Shown: positions 1 to 9,323 of the stretch, piece after piece
Position numbering within the stretch: the stretch's first letter is position 1
How the letters are laid out: each line of letters starts with the position of its first letter
Assembly (NCBI GenBank): GCA_051439425.1
Contig: JBFRWD010000132.1
Location: 1 to 43,466, forward strand
DNA: 43,466 bases
Direction of reading: 5' to 3'
From: Synechococcus sp.
GTDB taxonomy: Bacteria > Cyanobacteriota > Cyanobacteriia > Thermostichales > PCC-7336
Position numbers and translations under genes: made by a program
The notes under the pieces: generated by a model
The model's database searches: none
The model's input: only the letters and a program-made list of their open reading frames with translations
What the model was told of the DNA's origin: nothing

Positions 1-339
1 GCCGGATTGCTGGGTGGATTGGTGGCTGCTGTTGCCATCTTTTTGCCATCATTTGCATTCATTATGCTGGCATCCCCAATGTTGGCTCGCCTGCGCCGCA
101 ATGCCCGCGTGCGCTCGTTTTTGCAAGGAGTCACCCCGGCAGTTCTTGGGGCGATCGCGGCGTCTGCGATTCCGCTTGCACAAAATGCCCTCAGTCAACC
201 GACTCTTGTGTTGCAAACCGGTGTCACAGCGATCGCGGCTGTCACGCTAGTAGCCCTCTTCAAATACAAGGCACCAACGTGGTTGTTAGTACCGGGCGGA
301 GGATTGGCAGGATTACTGCTGTCTGCCTCTGCAGGGTAA
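1..339 (+). CDS. chrA: Chromate efflux transporter (CHR family), 3' end only; gene begins before the window
   Basis: Hydrophobic frame open from base 1; GGLVAAVAIFLPSF and RVRSFLQGVTPAVLG match the second CHR domain. Confidence 0.85.
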   Translation, partial: AGLLGGLVAAVAIFLPSFAFIMLASPMLARLRRNARVRSFLQGVTPAVLGAIAASAIPLAQNALSQPTLVLQTGVTAIAAVTLVALFKYKAPTWLLVPGGGLAGLLLSASAG

Positions 340-600
340 TAGCCCACGGGCGTCTTAATTTTTGGAATGGCAATCGCAATATTATCGAGAACGCGATCGC
401 CGATGACTGTCGTTATCCAATAGATAGTAGTGTTTGGATATCAAGCAGTGTTGGGATAGTAAGGTGGTTGATTCGTCTGCGCAGAGCAAAGCTCTATAAG
501 GTCAAGAGAGTTAAGACGGCTTCAGCTCTATTAAGCAAAGACACATGCAGTTATAGCTGGCGGTTTTCCTGGCGCTATATTCCCACACCACCACACTCGT

Positions 601-1734
601 ATGAACCTATTCCCGTTTGCTTCCCTCAACATTCATCGCCAACATTTTCCCGCTCTTGCTGGTAAGAGTTACCTCAACTTTGGTGGCCAAGGACCGTTAG
701 CTCAACCGGCCCGAGACGCTATTGCCACTACCTACGAGACCTGCGATCGCTTGGGCCCCTTTTCTCAGGCTGCTTTTCGCTGGTTGTTTGCCGAACAAGA
801 TGCCCTACGGCAGACTATCGCCACGTTTCTCAAAACATCTCCCGATCGGATCGCGTTAACCGAAAGTACGATCGCAGGCATGAATATTCCATTGTGGGGG
901 CTGGATTGGCGAGCGGGCGATCGCTTGCTGCTGTCGGATGCCGAACATTATGGGGTGTGGGAAATTGCCCGAGAATTGCAGACGCGGTTTGGCATTGAAC
1001 TGGATCTGTGCCCGCTAAGTACCAGTCCCGATTGTCTCCAGACATTGGCAGACTCTCTGCAGCCAGCAACGCGCATGATCTGCATCAGTCACGTGCTCTG
1101 GAATTCTGGAACGATCTTGCCCCTCAAATCAATGGCCACGCTATGTCACGAGCATAACGTTCTCGTCCATGTGGATGCAGCGCAGTCGGCCGGTGTTATG
1201 CCGCTCGACTTACCCGATTTGGGGGTTGATTTTTATGCGTTTTCCGGACACAAGTGGCTGTGCGGACCTGCGGGCACAGGAGCGCTGTATGTGTCGGAGC
1301 GAGGGCAGGCTGCGATTCGTCCCACCTACACGGGGTGGTGCAAAACCTACGCCCAGGAAGGAGCCGATTGCTTTGAAGTGTCTACATCGGCCTATCCCCT
1401 GAGATTAGGACTGAAAGCTGCGATCGAGGTTCACGACCGATTGGGTACGGCTGCCGAACGTTACCAACAACTCGTGCACATCAGTCAGACCCTATGGGCC
1501 GGATTGCAGCAGATTTCAGGGGTACAAGTCTGCAATCCACATAGTCCGATGACCGGATTGGTTCCTTTTACCGTTGCCGATCGCGACCCGAAGGAACTGG
1601 AACTCGCGCTGGAAGAGCGTGGAATTTTCGTGCGCTCGATGGCGGAGCCCAAGTCCTTAAGAGCTTCCGTTCATTACCTCACCTCTGAAGAGGATATCGA
1701 TCGCCTGTTAGACGTAATTCAAGTGCTTGTATAG
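601..1734 (+). CDS. Class V PLP-dependent aminotransferase-fold enzyme, cyanobacterial L-cysteine/cystine lyase (C-DES)-like
   Basis: YLNFGGQGP, ISHVLWNSG, VDAAQS, FSGHKW (PLP Lys), CGPAGTG, LRASVHY; no NifS/SufS catalytic Cys loop. Confidence 0.8.
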   Translation: MNLFPFASLNIHRQHFPALAGKSYLNFGGQGPLAQPARDAIATTYETCDRLGPFSQAAFRWLFAEQDALRQTIATFLKTSPDRIALTESTIAGMNIPLWGLDWRAGDRLLLSDAEHYGVWEIARELQTRFGIELDLCPLSTSPDCLQTLADSLQPATRMICISHVLWNSGTILPLKSMATLCHEHNVLVHVDAAQSAGVMPLDLPDLGVDFYAFSGHKWLCGPAGTGALYVSERGQAAIRPTYTGWCKTYAQEGADCFEVSTSAYPLRLGLKAAIEVHDRLGTAAERYQQLVHISQTLWAGLQQISGVQVCNPHSPMTGLVPFTVADRDPKELELALEERGIFVRSMAEPKSLRASVHYLTSEEDIDRLLDVIQVLV

Positions 1735-1887
1735 AAAGTCTCCCAGTTGCAGCCATTGTGACTGAGGCTAGAGAGTTCTGTTGTGATTGAATATTCCCGG
1801 CATCCCATAGGCCACCGGTCTTCCAACCGTTTTGGGGCCACCAAACTGCGAGAGGGAACCGATGAATTCTGTATTGGCCGCTAAAAT

Positions 1888-3180
1888 CTAGCTCGTGCGC
1901 TTGTGATTGCGATCGAATCCTTCGGGTTTAATTGTGCGAGCGTTTCCTTGGAGTAAACCCGACACACCAGCTTGGCGATCGCATTCAGAACTCGAAGCAT
2001 CACCTTTTGCATTAGGCTGAATTTTTTCAATCAGCGTTGGATCGTAGTCTGTGGGTTCTTCGTAGGTCGATATGAATCCTTCGTAGTTTCTCAGGACAAC
2101 TCGACCGCTACCTTGGCTAATTAAGTACTGTGGGCTGACTGGAATTTTTCCGCCACCACCCGGCGCATCGATTACATAGGTGGGAACGGCATAGCCACTC
2201 GTGTGCCCGCGCAATCCCTCCATAATCTCCAGTCCTTTAGCCACAGTTGTGCGAAAGTGACCGGCACCTTTAACCAGGTCGCATTGATACAGGTAGTAAG
2301 GGCGCACTCGGTTGCGAACTAGTTTGTGAACGAGATCTCGTTGAATCTCTACCGTGTCATTAATCCCCGCCAGCAATACGCTCTGATTGCCTAACGGAAT
2401 TCCAGCATTAGCTAATTTTGCAAGCGCGTGACTGAGTTCAGGGGTGATTTCTTTGGGGTGATTAACGTGAATATTGAGCCACAACGGATGGTACTGTTTC
2501 AGCATGTTGCACAGCTCGTCTGTGACTAACTGTGGCAAGAAGACAGGGGCGCGGCTCCCAATCCGAACAATCTCGATGTGTTCGATGTCTCGCAGGCTTA
2601 ACAGGGTGTATTCCAGAACGGCAGGGGACAGGGTTAGAGGATCGCCCCCACTCAGCAACACGTCGCGAATTTGGGGGGTATTGCGCAGGTATTCCAGTTG
2701 CTGCTCTAGTATTGGTTTTTGCGCGGTTTTACTAAAATCGCCTACCATACGGCTACGAGTACAGTATCGGCAATAACTTGCACAATGAGTGGTAAGCAGC
2801 ATTAATACACGGTTGGGATAGCGGTGCACTAAGCCGGGAACGGGACTGTGTTCGTCCTCTGATAAGCTGTCCTCCATCATGCCGTCGAATGCCTGCAATT
2901 CTCGTCCGGTTGGGATCACTTGACGGCGCACGGGGCAGTTGGGGTCATCGGGGTCGATCAGGCTGGCATAGTACGGAGTGATATCAACTCGGAATCGATC
3001 GGGAGCGCTGAGACCTTGGATCTCTTCAGGGGTGAGATGGATAGCGCGGCGCAAGTCGTCAAGCGTGTTGAGCCGATGCTTGAGCTGCCAGCGCCAATTC
3101 CCCCAATCTTCTAAAGAGACATGACTCCAGATGCTAGGTGGTCTCCGGGTCGTATCAAGTGTTGTTGAAAACATAACCAT
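1888..3180 (-). CDS. kamA: Lysine 2,3-aminomutase (KamA family radical SAM/PLP enzyme)
   Basis: CASYCRYCTR (CxxxCxxC), HRYP, LSGGDPL, NQSVLL, RPYYLYQCD, DAPGGGGKIP (PLP Lys), N-terminal WRWQL. Confidence 0.9.
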   Translation of the reverse strand: MVMFSTTLDTTRRPPSIWSHVSLEDWGNWRWQLKHRLNTLDDLRRAIHLTPEEIQGLSAPDRFRVDITPYYASLIDPDDPNCPVRRQVIPTGRELQAFDGMMEDSLSEDEHSPVPGLVHRYPNRVLMLLTTHCASYCRYCTRSRMVGDFSKTAQKPILEQQLEYLRNTPQIRDVLLSGGDPLTLSPAVLEYTLLSLRDIEHIEIVRIGSRAPVFLPQLVTDELCNMLKQYHPLWLNIHVNHPKEITPELSHALAKLANAGIPLGNQSVLLAGINDTVEIQRDLVHKLVRNRVRPYYLYQCDLVKGAGHFRTTVAKGLEIMEGLRGHTSGYAVPTYVIDAPGGGGKIPVSPQYLISQGSGRVVLRNYEGFISTYEEPTDYDPTLIEKIQPNAKGDASSSECDRQAGVSGLLQGNARTIKPEGFDRNHKRTS

Positions 3181-3385
3181 GACAACCCCTGTCTAAGAAG
3201 ATGCAAGATCACTATGTACGGTAACGAATTTATGCCTATAGGGTTACCCGCGAATCCACCGATCCCTTACAAAACCTTTAAAATGTTCGCAGTCACAGTC
3301 TTGGCACCCGCTAGTTTTTCTCCGTTAGTTCCCGTTTTATACCGGTTGTGACAACTTTGAATTTCCCTTTAGGCACTGTAACTGT

Positions 3386-4108
3386 ATGAAGACTTCCGAA
3401 CCATCTGGACTTGCGATCGCTGTGTTTGGACTGTCGATGTTTGCGTTGCTGTCTCCGGTATTGGGCAATAACGAGTGGTTACCGATGGGAGCAATCAGTC
3501 TATTGTTTGGCGCGGTGTTCTTCGATCGCATTGCGATGCAGGGGCGATTCACCAGCTTGATGGGAGCGCGGTGGGGATGGACAGCCACCCGCCATCAGCG
3601 AGTCCTGTATCACGAAGCCGGGCATCTGCTGGCTGCTTGTTGGCTGGATATTCCCGTGCTGGATTACGTTCTCGACCCGTGGCAGGCGTTTCGCAAAGGC
3701 TATCCCGGGTATGGAGGCATTCAGTTGGACGATTCGGTTTGGCAAGCTTGGTTGGCCAACAGATCTGTGACTCGCCGCGATGTAGAACGTTACAGCATTA
3801 TGTGGATGGCCGGCGGTGTGGCCGAGCAGCAGCAAATGGGGGGCGTAATGGGAGATCGCGACGATCGGCTGAAGTTGCAACAGTTGGTGGGAACGCTGCG
3901 CCGCAGCGGGCAATCGCTCGATCCGGGATATATGCAGCGATGGGCACGGCTACAGGCACGTAGTTTGCTGGAGGAGCAGGAGCACGCTTACTCCGTTGCT
4001 GTTCGCTGTATGCAAGAAGAGATGGCGATCGAAGACTGTGTGACATTGGTTAAAGCGGCCTTAGTTCAAACGTCCTCGATTCAAACGTCCGATCCTGCTT
4101 GTGCCTGA
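3386..4108 (+). CDS. Membrane-anchored M41/FtsH-like zinc metalloprotease domain protein (no AAA domain)
   Basis: Two N-terminal hydrophobic segments, RVLYHEAGH (HExxH), downstream MAGGVAE and GDxDD. Confidence 0.75.
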   Translation: MKTSEPSGLAIAVFGLSMFALLSPVLGNNEWLPMGAISLLFGAVFFDRIAMQGRFTSLMGARWGWTATRHQRVLYHEAGHLLAACWLDIPVLDYVLDPWQAFRKGYPGYGGIQLDDSVWQAWLANRSVTRRDVERYSIMWMAGGVAEQQQMGGVMGDRDDRLKLQQLVGTLRRSGQSLDPGYMQRWARLQARSLLEEQEHAYSVAVRCMQEEMAIEDCVTLVKAALVQTSSIQTSDPACA

Positions 4109-4338
4109 TTGTGTTGGTATAGTGTTCGCCATTTCAGTAAGGACAGAGGTATCCGCTCGCAGTCAGGCTTGAACATAGCTGAAATGTTCGCAGTGGTATG
4201 GCCAATGCAATATCTAGCTCTTTTGGGTTCTAACTCCGCTTTGATTGACCGCGACCTATGAATTGACCGCGAAGCAGGGGTTGACATCTACCTGCCCACT
4301 TTGTCTTGCAATTAGGCCTCGGATTTTCCAGGGTTGAG

Positions 4339-6663
4339 TTAGGCCTTCATCCGCTTGGGAATTGCGGAATTGAATGTACTGGCTAGCTGTTCCACCGGTA
4401 GTGAAACAAGCGAGTGACGGTTAGGCCCATCACCCACCAGGCTAATCTCTAGCCGCTCTCCCGAAACGCGGCCGATGGATTGCCAGTTGTTGGGTAAATG
4501 CACTTGCAGATAGTCTTCAAACGCCGCTTGATTATCTGGAGATACTGACACGACAATGCGCGCGCCTCCCTCTCCAAACAGACGTTCATCGATACGCGCC
4601 TCGGCCGAGATATCGATTTCAGCTCCTAGTTCGGCCCCTAAGCAAGATTCTGCCAGAGCGATTGCCAGCCCGCCGTCGCTGCAGTCGTGAGCGGAGGTAA
4701 TCCATCCTTGACGAATTCCATGGCGACAGGCTGCTTGAACGCGTGCCTCCAGGTCTAAATCAATACGGGGAGGTAACCCAGCGGTTGTGGAGTGAATGCA
4801 ACTGATATAAGAGGTTCCTCCCAACGTCAGGGAGTCAAGGCTGCCGAGGAGATAAATGACATCTCCTGCCGTGGTCCAGGCTTGGCCGCACACTTGACGC
4901 ACGTCTGGCACCAAGCCCACCATGCCGATCACGGGGGTGGGATAGATCGAGCAGGGATTGCCCTCGCTATCGATGGTCTCGTTGTAGAGGGAGACATTAC
5001 CACCGGTGACCGGAGTGCCTAATGCTTCGCAAGCATCGGAAATGCCTCGGCATGATTCTGCCAATTGCCAGTAGCCTACAGGTTTCTCGGGACTGCCAAA
5101 ATTGAGGTTGTCTGTCACGGCCAACGGCTCGGCCCCGACACAGCTGAGATTGCGAGCAGCTTCTGCCACAGCGGCTTTGGCTCCCTCATACGGATCGAGA
5201 TAAACGTAGCGCCCTTTGCAGTCGACGACAGCCGCCACGCCCTTAGTTGATAAAGGCACGTCCTCAACATTGCCAACGCCGAAGGCTTGGGGACGGATTC
5301 TGACCACGGCAGCGTCTGCTCCCCCCGGGACCAACACGGTATTGTTCTGAACTTGGTGATCGTACTGCCGGTACACCCACTGTTTGGAGGCGATCGCGGG
5401 CTCATCCAGCAATTGCAGCAATACGTCATTCCAACTGCGACCGTCGATGCCTTCGGGAGTGGCGGTTGGTAGGCAATCGGCAGTCCACTGGTGGGCAGCG
5501 ATTGCGTAGTCGGGGGTCTCGATAATCTCCCGCTCGTAGATGGGGGTATCGTCTGCCAACGCAGATGCAGCGACTTCAGCTACTACCTCTCCGTCTTGGA
5601 AAATGCGCACTACGGGCTCTTCAATCACCTTGCCAGCAATGACTGCATGTAGGTCCCAACGATGGAAGATTTCGATTAGTTCATCGGTGCGATCGGGATC
5701 TACGACGAATAACATGCGCTCTTGCGATTCGGACAGAAGAAACTCATCCGGTCGCATCCCGGTTTCTCGCACTGGGACTTTATCGAGGTCGAATTCGATA
5801 CCGACTCCACCGCTATAGGCCATCTCGGATGTGGAGCAGGTAATCCCGGCGGCTCCCATATCTTGAGCTGCGACGACCGCTCCCGTCTGAAAGGCTTCTA
5901 AGCAGGCTTCGATTAACGATTTTTCTAGGAAGGGATCGCCCACCTGAACTGCCGGTCTGTCTTGTTCTGATTCGTCGGTGAGTTCGGCACTGGCAAAACT
6001 AGCGCCTCCCATGCCGTCCCGTCCGGTTGTGGAGCCCACGTACAGGACTGGATTGCCGAATCCTGCCGCACCGGATTTCACGATCTCGTCAGTTTCCATC
6101 AATCCAAGAGCCATGGCATTAACGAGGGGATTGCCCGAATAAATTGGCTCGAAGTCTACCTCCCCCCCGACTGTTGGAACGCCGACGCAGTTGCCGTAAT
6201 GGGAGATGCCACTGACGACACCAGCAAACAGGCGACGGTTGCGCGGATCGTCGAGGGGGCCAAAGCGGAGGGAGTTGAGCACGGCAATAGGTCGCGCGCC
6301 CATGGTGAAGATGTCGCGCAGAATGCCTCCCACACCAGTTGCAGCCCCTTGGAAAGGCTCTACTGCCGATGGGTGATTGTGGGACTCAATTTTGAAGGCC
6401 AGCCGATCGCCATCTCCCAAATCGACAACACCAGCATTCTCTCCAGGCCCTACCAAAATTCTCGGTCCGGTGGTGGGAAATTGCTTCAGCAGCGGTCGGG
6501 AGTTTTTGTAGCAACAGTGTTCCGACCACATCACACCAAACATGGCCAACTCGTTCGGATTCGGATCGCGCCCCAGGCGATCGACGATGGATTGATATTC
6601 GGCAGCGGTGATTCCGGCGGCTTTTAAATCGTCTGGGCTGAAGGTTGGACTGGAGGCGGTCAC
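4339..6663 (-). CDS. purL: Phosphoribosylformylglycinamidine synthase subunit PurL (small form)
   Basis: [48 protein letters not shown]. Confidence 0.98.
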   Translation of the reverse strand: MTASSPTFSPDDLKAAGITAAEYQSIVDRLGRDPNPNELAMFGVMWSEHCCYKNSRPLLKQFPTTGPRILVGPGENAGVVDLGDGDRLAFKIESHNHPSAVEPFQGAATGVGGILRDIFTMGARPIAVLNSLRFGPLDDPRNRRLFAGVVSGISHYGNCVGVPTVGGEVDFEPIYSGNPLVNAMALGLMETDEIVKSGAAGFGNPVLYVGSTTGRDGMGGASFASAELTDESEQDRPAVQVGDPFLEKSLIEACLEAFQTGAVVAAQDMGAAGITCSTSEMAYSGGVGIEFDLDKVPVRETGMRPDEFLLSESQERMLFVVDPDRTDELIEIFHRWDLHAVIAGKVIEEPVVRIFQDGEVVAEVAASALADDTPIYEREIIETPDYAIAAHQWTADCLPTATPEGIDGRSWNDVLLQLLDEPAIASKQWVYRQYDHQVQNNTVLVPGGADAAVVRIRPQAFGVGNVEDVPLSTKGVAAVVDCKGRYVYLDPYEGAKAAVAEAARNLSCVGAEPLAVTDNLNFGSPEKPVGYWQLAESCRGISDACEALGTPVTGGNVSLYNETIDSEGNPCSIYPTPVIGMVGLVPDVRQVCGQAWTTAGDVIYLLGSLDSLTLGGTSYISCIHSTTAGLPPRIDLDLEARVQAACRHGIRQGWITSAHDCSDGGLAIALAESCLGAELGAEIDISAEARIDERLFGEGGARIVVSVSPDNQAAFEDYLQVHLPNNWQSIGRVSGERLEISLVGDGPNRHSLVSLPVEQLASTFNSAIPKRMKA

Positions 6664-7421
6664 GGCAGTCTCTCGAAAAGAGCTTTACTATTCTATTGGC
6701 TGCCGGTCTTTATGGGGCATGTGGGCCATCTCTGGGGTTCGGCAGAGAGGACGTCCGCAACCGCTGACTTCTCCCCCCGCTGGTTGTTGCTTTGATTGGG
6801 TTCTGTTCAAACTCAGTCAACAGTCAAGAAGCAATGGAAGCGTATCAAAAGACAATGAAATCCAAATCCCTGTATTCGGCAGCAGTACCTAAGGCGGAGA
6901 GAACAGCCTCTTGCCTTTGAGGGGGTCGCGCTGCACGACTTCTTGAGACGCAACAGCTACCTTATCCAGCACGATCCTCAGCTCGTGCTTAATCCTTGGC
7001 CTTTCCTCCGCGGCTACGGAGCGGAGGATTAAAATCCTCAATTCACCCTCTTTTGATAAGCCCCTCAACTGTTTAGCTCCAAAACCCTACAGAGTCATGC
7101 CTGAGAGTTCGGTCTTCTGGGCCGTGAAATAGGTTGAAGTCATTGAATTTTATGCATGGCATTCCCTCTAAAATTCACCGACCATCACAGCTCTGCCAAG
7201 TTTTATTCCCAAACACTAAGAAATTTACATCATTGCTGCCTGCCACCACATCTAGTGTAGGATTGCATCAAATTCCTTTCTGATTCCCTCAGTTGTGGTG
7301 TTTGCCCCATGCGATTGTCGTATGCGCCCTACATGTGGCGGCTGAGGGGGTTAAGACGGTCTCTCGGTCTAACCAATCGAGAAGTTCTGGGGAAGGAGTG
7401 TTGGTTGAGGACCCTGGTGTG

Positions 7422-9071
7422 ATGAATGCAGACAGCAGTCGTTTTGAGGTAGAGCCATCTCTTGAGCGGCGATCGCCATTTGGAGAGGTTCCTTTACCTC
7501 AGACGGCTGTGCGGACAGCGGATTCTGGGATGAAGCGATCCCACGATCCGCTGTCCCGACTGTTTAACCCATTTCAATTGGAGCAAAGTGTTTCGGATTC
7601 CGCTCGTTGTTTGAATACGTCCGAAATTCTTGTTGATGCTGCCCCCAAGATAGACGATTCAGCAGATGCAGCTGAGTCTTCGGGCGCAAGCGCCTCGAAT
7701 GGTGATTCTGAATTCGAGGGGAATCTGTTGTCTCAGCTTGAACTAGAAGAACCGCCGTCATCCTTGCTTTCATGTATTTCCGCTTCTCCGTCTGCTATCC
7801 GCGCTCTCAAAGGACCAACGATGTCCTTGGAGATGTTGTCCGCAGATTCTGAGTCTGGTAAGCCCAGGCTGGATCTTTCGGATGGGAGCGGCGGGAATTC
7901 AATTGGTTTCGATTGTCATTTGACCGACGATCGGACTGTTATCGAGCCGCAGCGCATAGATATGCCTGCCTCGCCCACCTCACCTGTTCGGGAACCTATT
8001 CCGACATTGGCTCCAGTTGCTGATGAAACGGCGATCGCGGAGTCATCCACTCGTGTTTCTTGCTCATTTGAAGATACCTCTCGAATAGAAGGCCAGGTGA
8101 TTGATATGGACGATCTGCAGTTGGACACTACTTTAAATCCCTCAGTCGAACTCTCTGGTGTCGGTGAGTCCGAACTTGAATCACTGGAGTCCGAGCTGTT
8201 TAATGTCGCATCTTTGGCTGGTGCTGAGGGGGAGAGTGTTGAGGGGGAGAGCGTCGAAGTTCCCGAGATGGCAGAGCCGGCGATGAGCACTAACTACGGA
8301 CCTGCTGTGGTCAAGGATTATTGTGCAGGCGAGTTAGAGGGTTTGGGTAACCCCGAGTGGATGGACTTTCAGCCCAGCTTGCTGTCAGACGACGAGTTGG
8401 CGGCCATCTATACGGAATCGCTGGAGGCGATGAGCGAGTTGCTATCCGATGCCTTGCAGGACGACATTGTTGAAGATGCTGTGTCTGCTGGGAATGAATT
8501 CCAGCTAGAGCTGGCTGATGCTGTTATGCCTGATGGTTTGGAAGAGGACTCCTCTGGGACGGTTGAGCCTGAGATGCCGGGTCAGGCAGAGCCAGCTGTT
8601 GTCGATACGCATTCGTTTACGCCACCATCGCTGGAAACGGCTCACCAAGCTGCCATGCAAGAGTTTGCCGAGCAGCCCGAGCCCAATCGGCGACAGGAAA
8701 TGCAGACGGAGATGCACGGTCTGCGCGGTCAGATCGATATTTTAGAGCTGCGGGAAGAGAAGCTGCATTTGCAAATGAATAATTTCGTCAACGAGATCGA
8801 CCAGTTGAACGAGCAAAATGTTCTGCTGGAGAAGTTGGTTCAAGAGTTGCCAGACTTGTATCGCAAGAAGTTTCACGATCGCATGAAACCCATTAAGGAG
8901 CGGATTGCTCGCATTCAGGAAGAAAACCTGCGCCTGCATGCTGATATTGATTGGTTAACTCAAAAACTGGCTGCTAATGTGCTACCTCCTGCGCCAGAGG
9001 AGCGTCGTTTAATCAAGCTGCCCAGCTTCGGGCGACGCTTGCCCCTCCTGCCTGATGCTGTTGGTCAGTAA
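7422..9071 (+). CDS. Hypothetical highly acidic, low-complexity protein with C-terminal coiled coil; start uncertain (frame open from 7293)
   Basis: Long Glu/Asp/Ser-rich ORF; heptad region ending LEKLVQELPDLYRKKFHDRMKPIKERIARIQEENLRL; GAGG upstream of ATG 7422. Confidence 0.7.
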   Translation: MNADSSRFEVEPSLERRSPFGEVPLPQTAVRTADSGMKRSHDPLSRLFNPFQLEQSVSDSARCLNTSEILVDAAPKIDDSADAAESSGASASNGDSEFEGNLLSQLELEEPPSSLLSCISASPSAIRALKGPTMSLEMLSADSESGKPRLDLSDGSGGNSIGFDCHLTDDRTVIEPQRIDMPASPTSPVREPIPTLAPVADETAIAESSTRVSCSFEDTSRIEGQVIDMDDLQLDTTLNPSVELSGVGESELESLESELFNVASLAGAEGESVEGESVEVPEMAEPAMSTNYGPAVVKDYCAGELEGLGNPEWMDFQPSLLSDDELAAIYTESLEAMSELLSDALQDDIVEDAVSAGNEFQLELADAVMPDGLEEDSSGTVEPEMPGQAEPAVVDTHSFTPPSLETAHQAAMQEFAEQPEPNRRQEMQTEMHGLRGQIDILELREEKLHLQMNNFVNEIDQLNEQNVLLEKLVQELPDLYRKKFHDRMKPIKERIARIQEENLRLHADIDWLTQKLAANVLPPAPEERRLIKLPSFGRRLPLLPDAVGQ

Positions 9072-9323
9072 AACCAACGTTCTTCTCAATTTGGCATCTA
9101 CTTTGGCTATCTCAGTTCATTTTGAGCGAGGTAGCCATTTTATTTTTATTAGTGGATCTTGCCCGTGCCTTCATCGAAAGGGGAAGGTCGTTCGGCTTGG
9201 ACGAGACAGGGTGATGCAAGTGCGTTCGTTAAACCTTTCATCAACTGGCGGTTTCTCTGAAATCCAGCAGCCATAATAGAGAACCCAAACACAAGGGCTT
9301 GATAAGCGCAGACAAAGGAGTGT

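Noticed and set aside
4244..4272. ATTGACCGCGA direct repeat (2 copies, 18-bp period)
   Set aside because: Lies between convergent gene ends with only two copies; not a CRISPR and no evident regulatory target
6790..7015. Possible RNase P RNA on the minus strand (GAGGAAAG...AACAGAACCC) or a known riboswitch upstream of purL
   Set aside because: The P4 partners do not match (AAGGCC rather than AAGTCC; no CGGCTT) and the span is too short; no ZTP, purine or c-di-GMP consensus recognised
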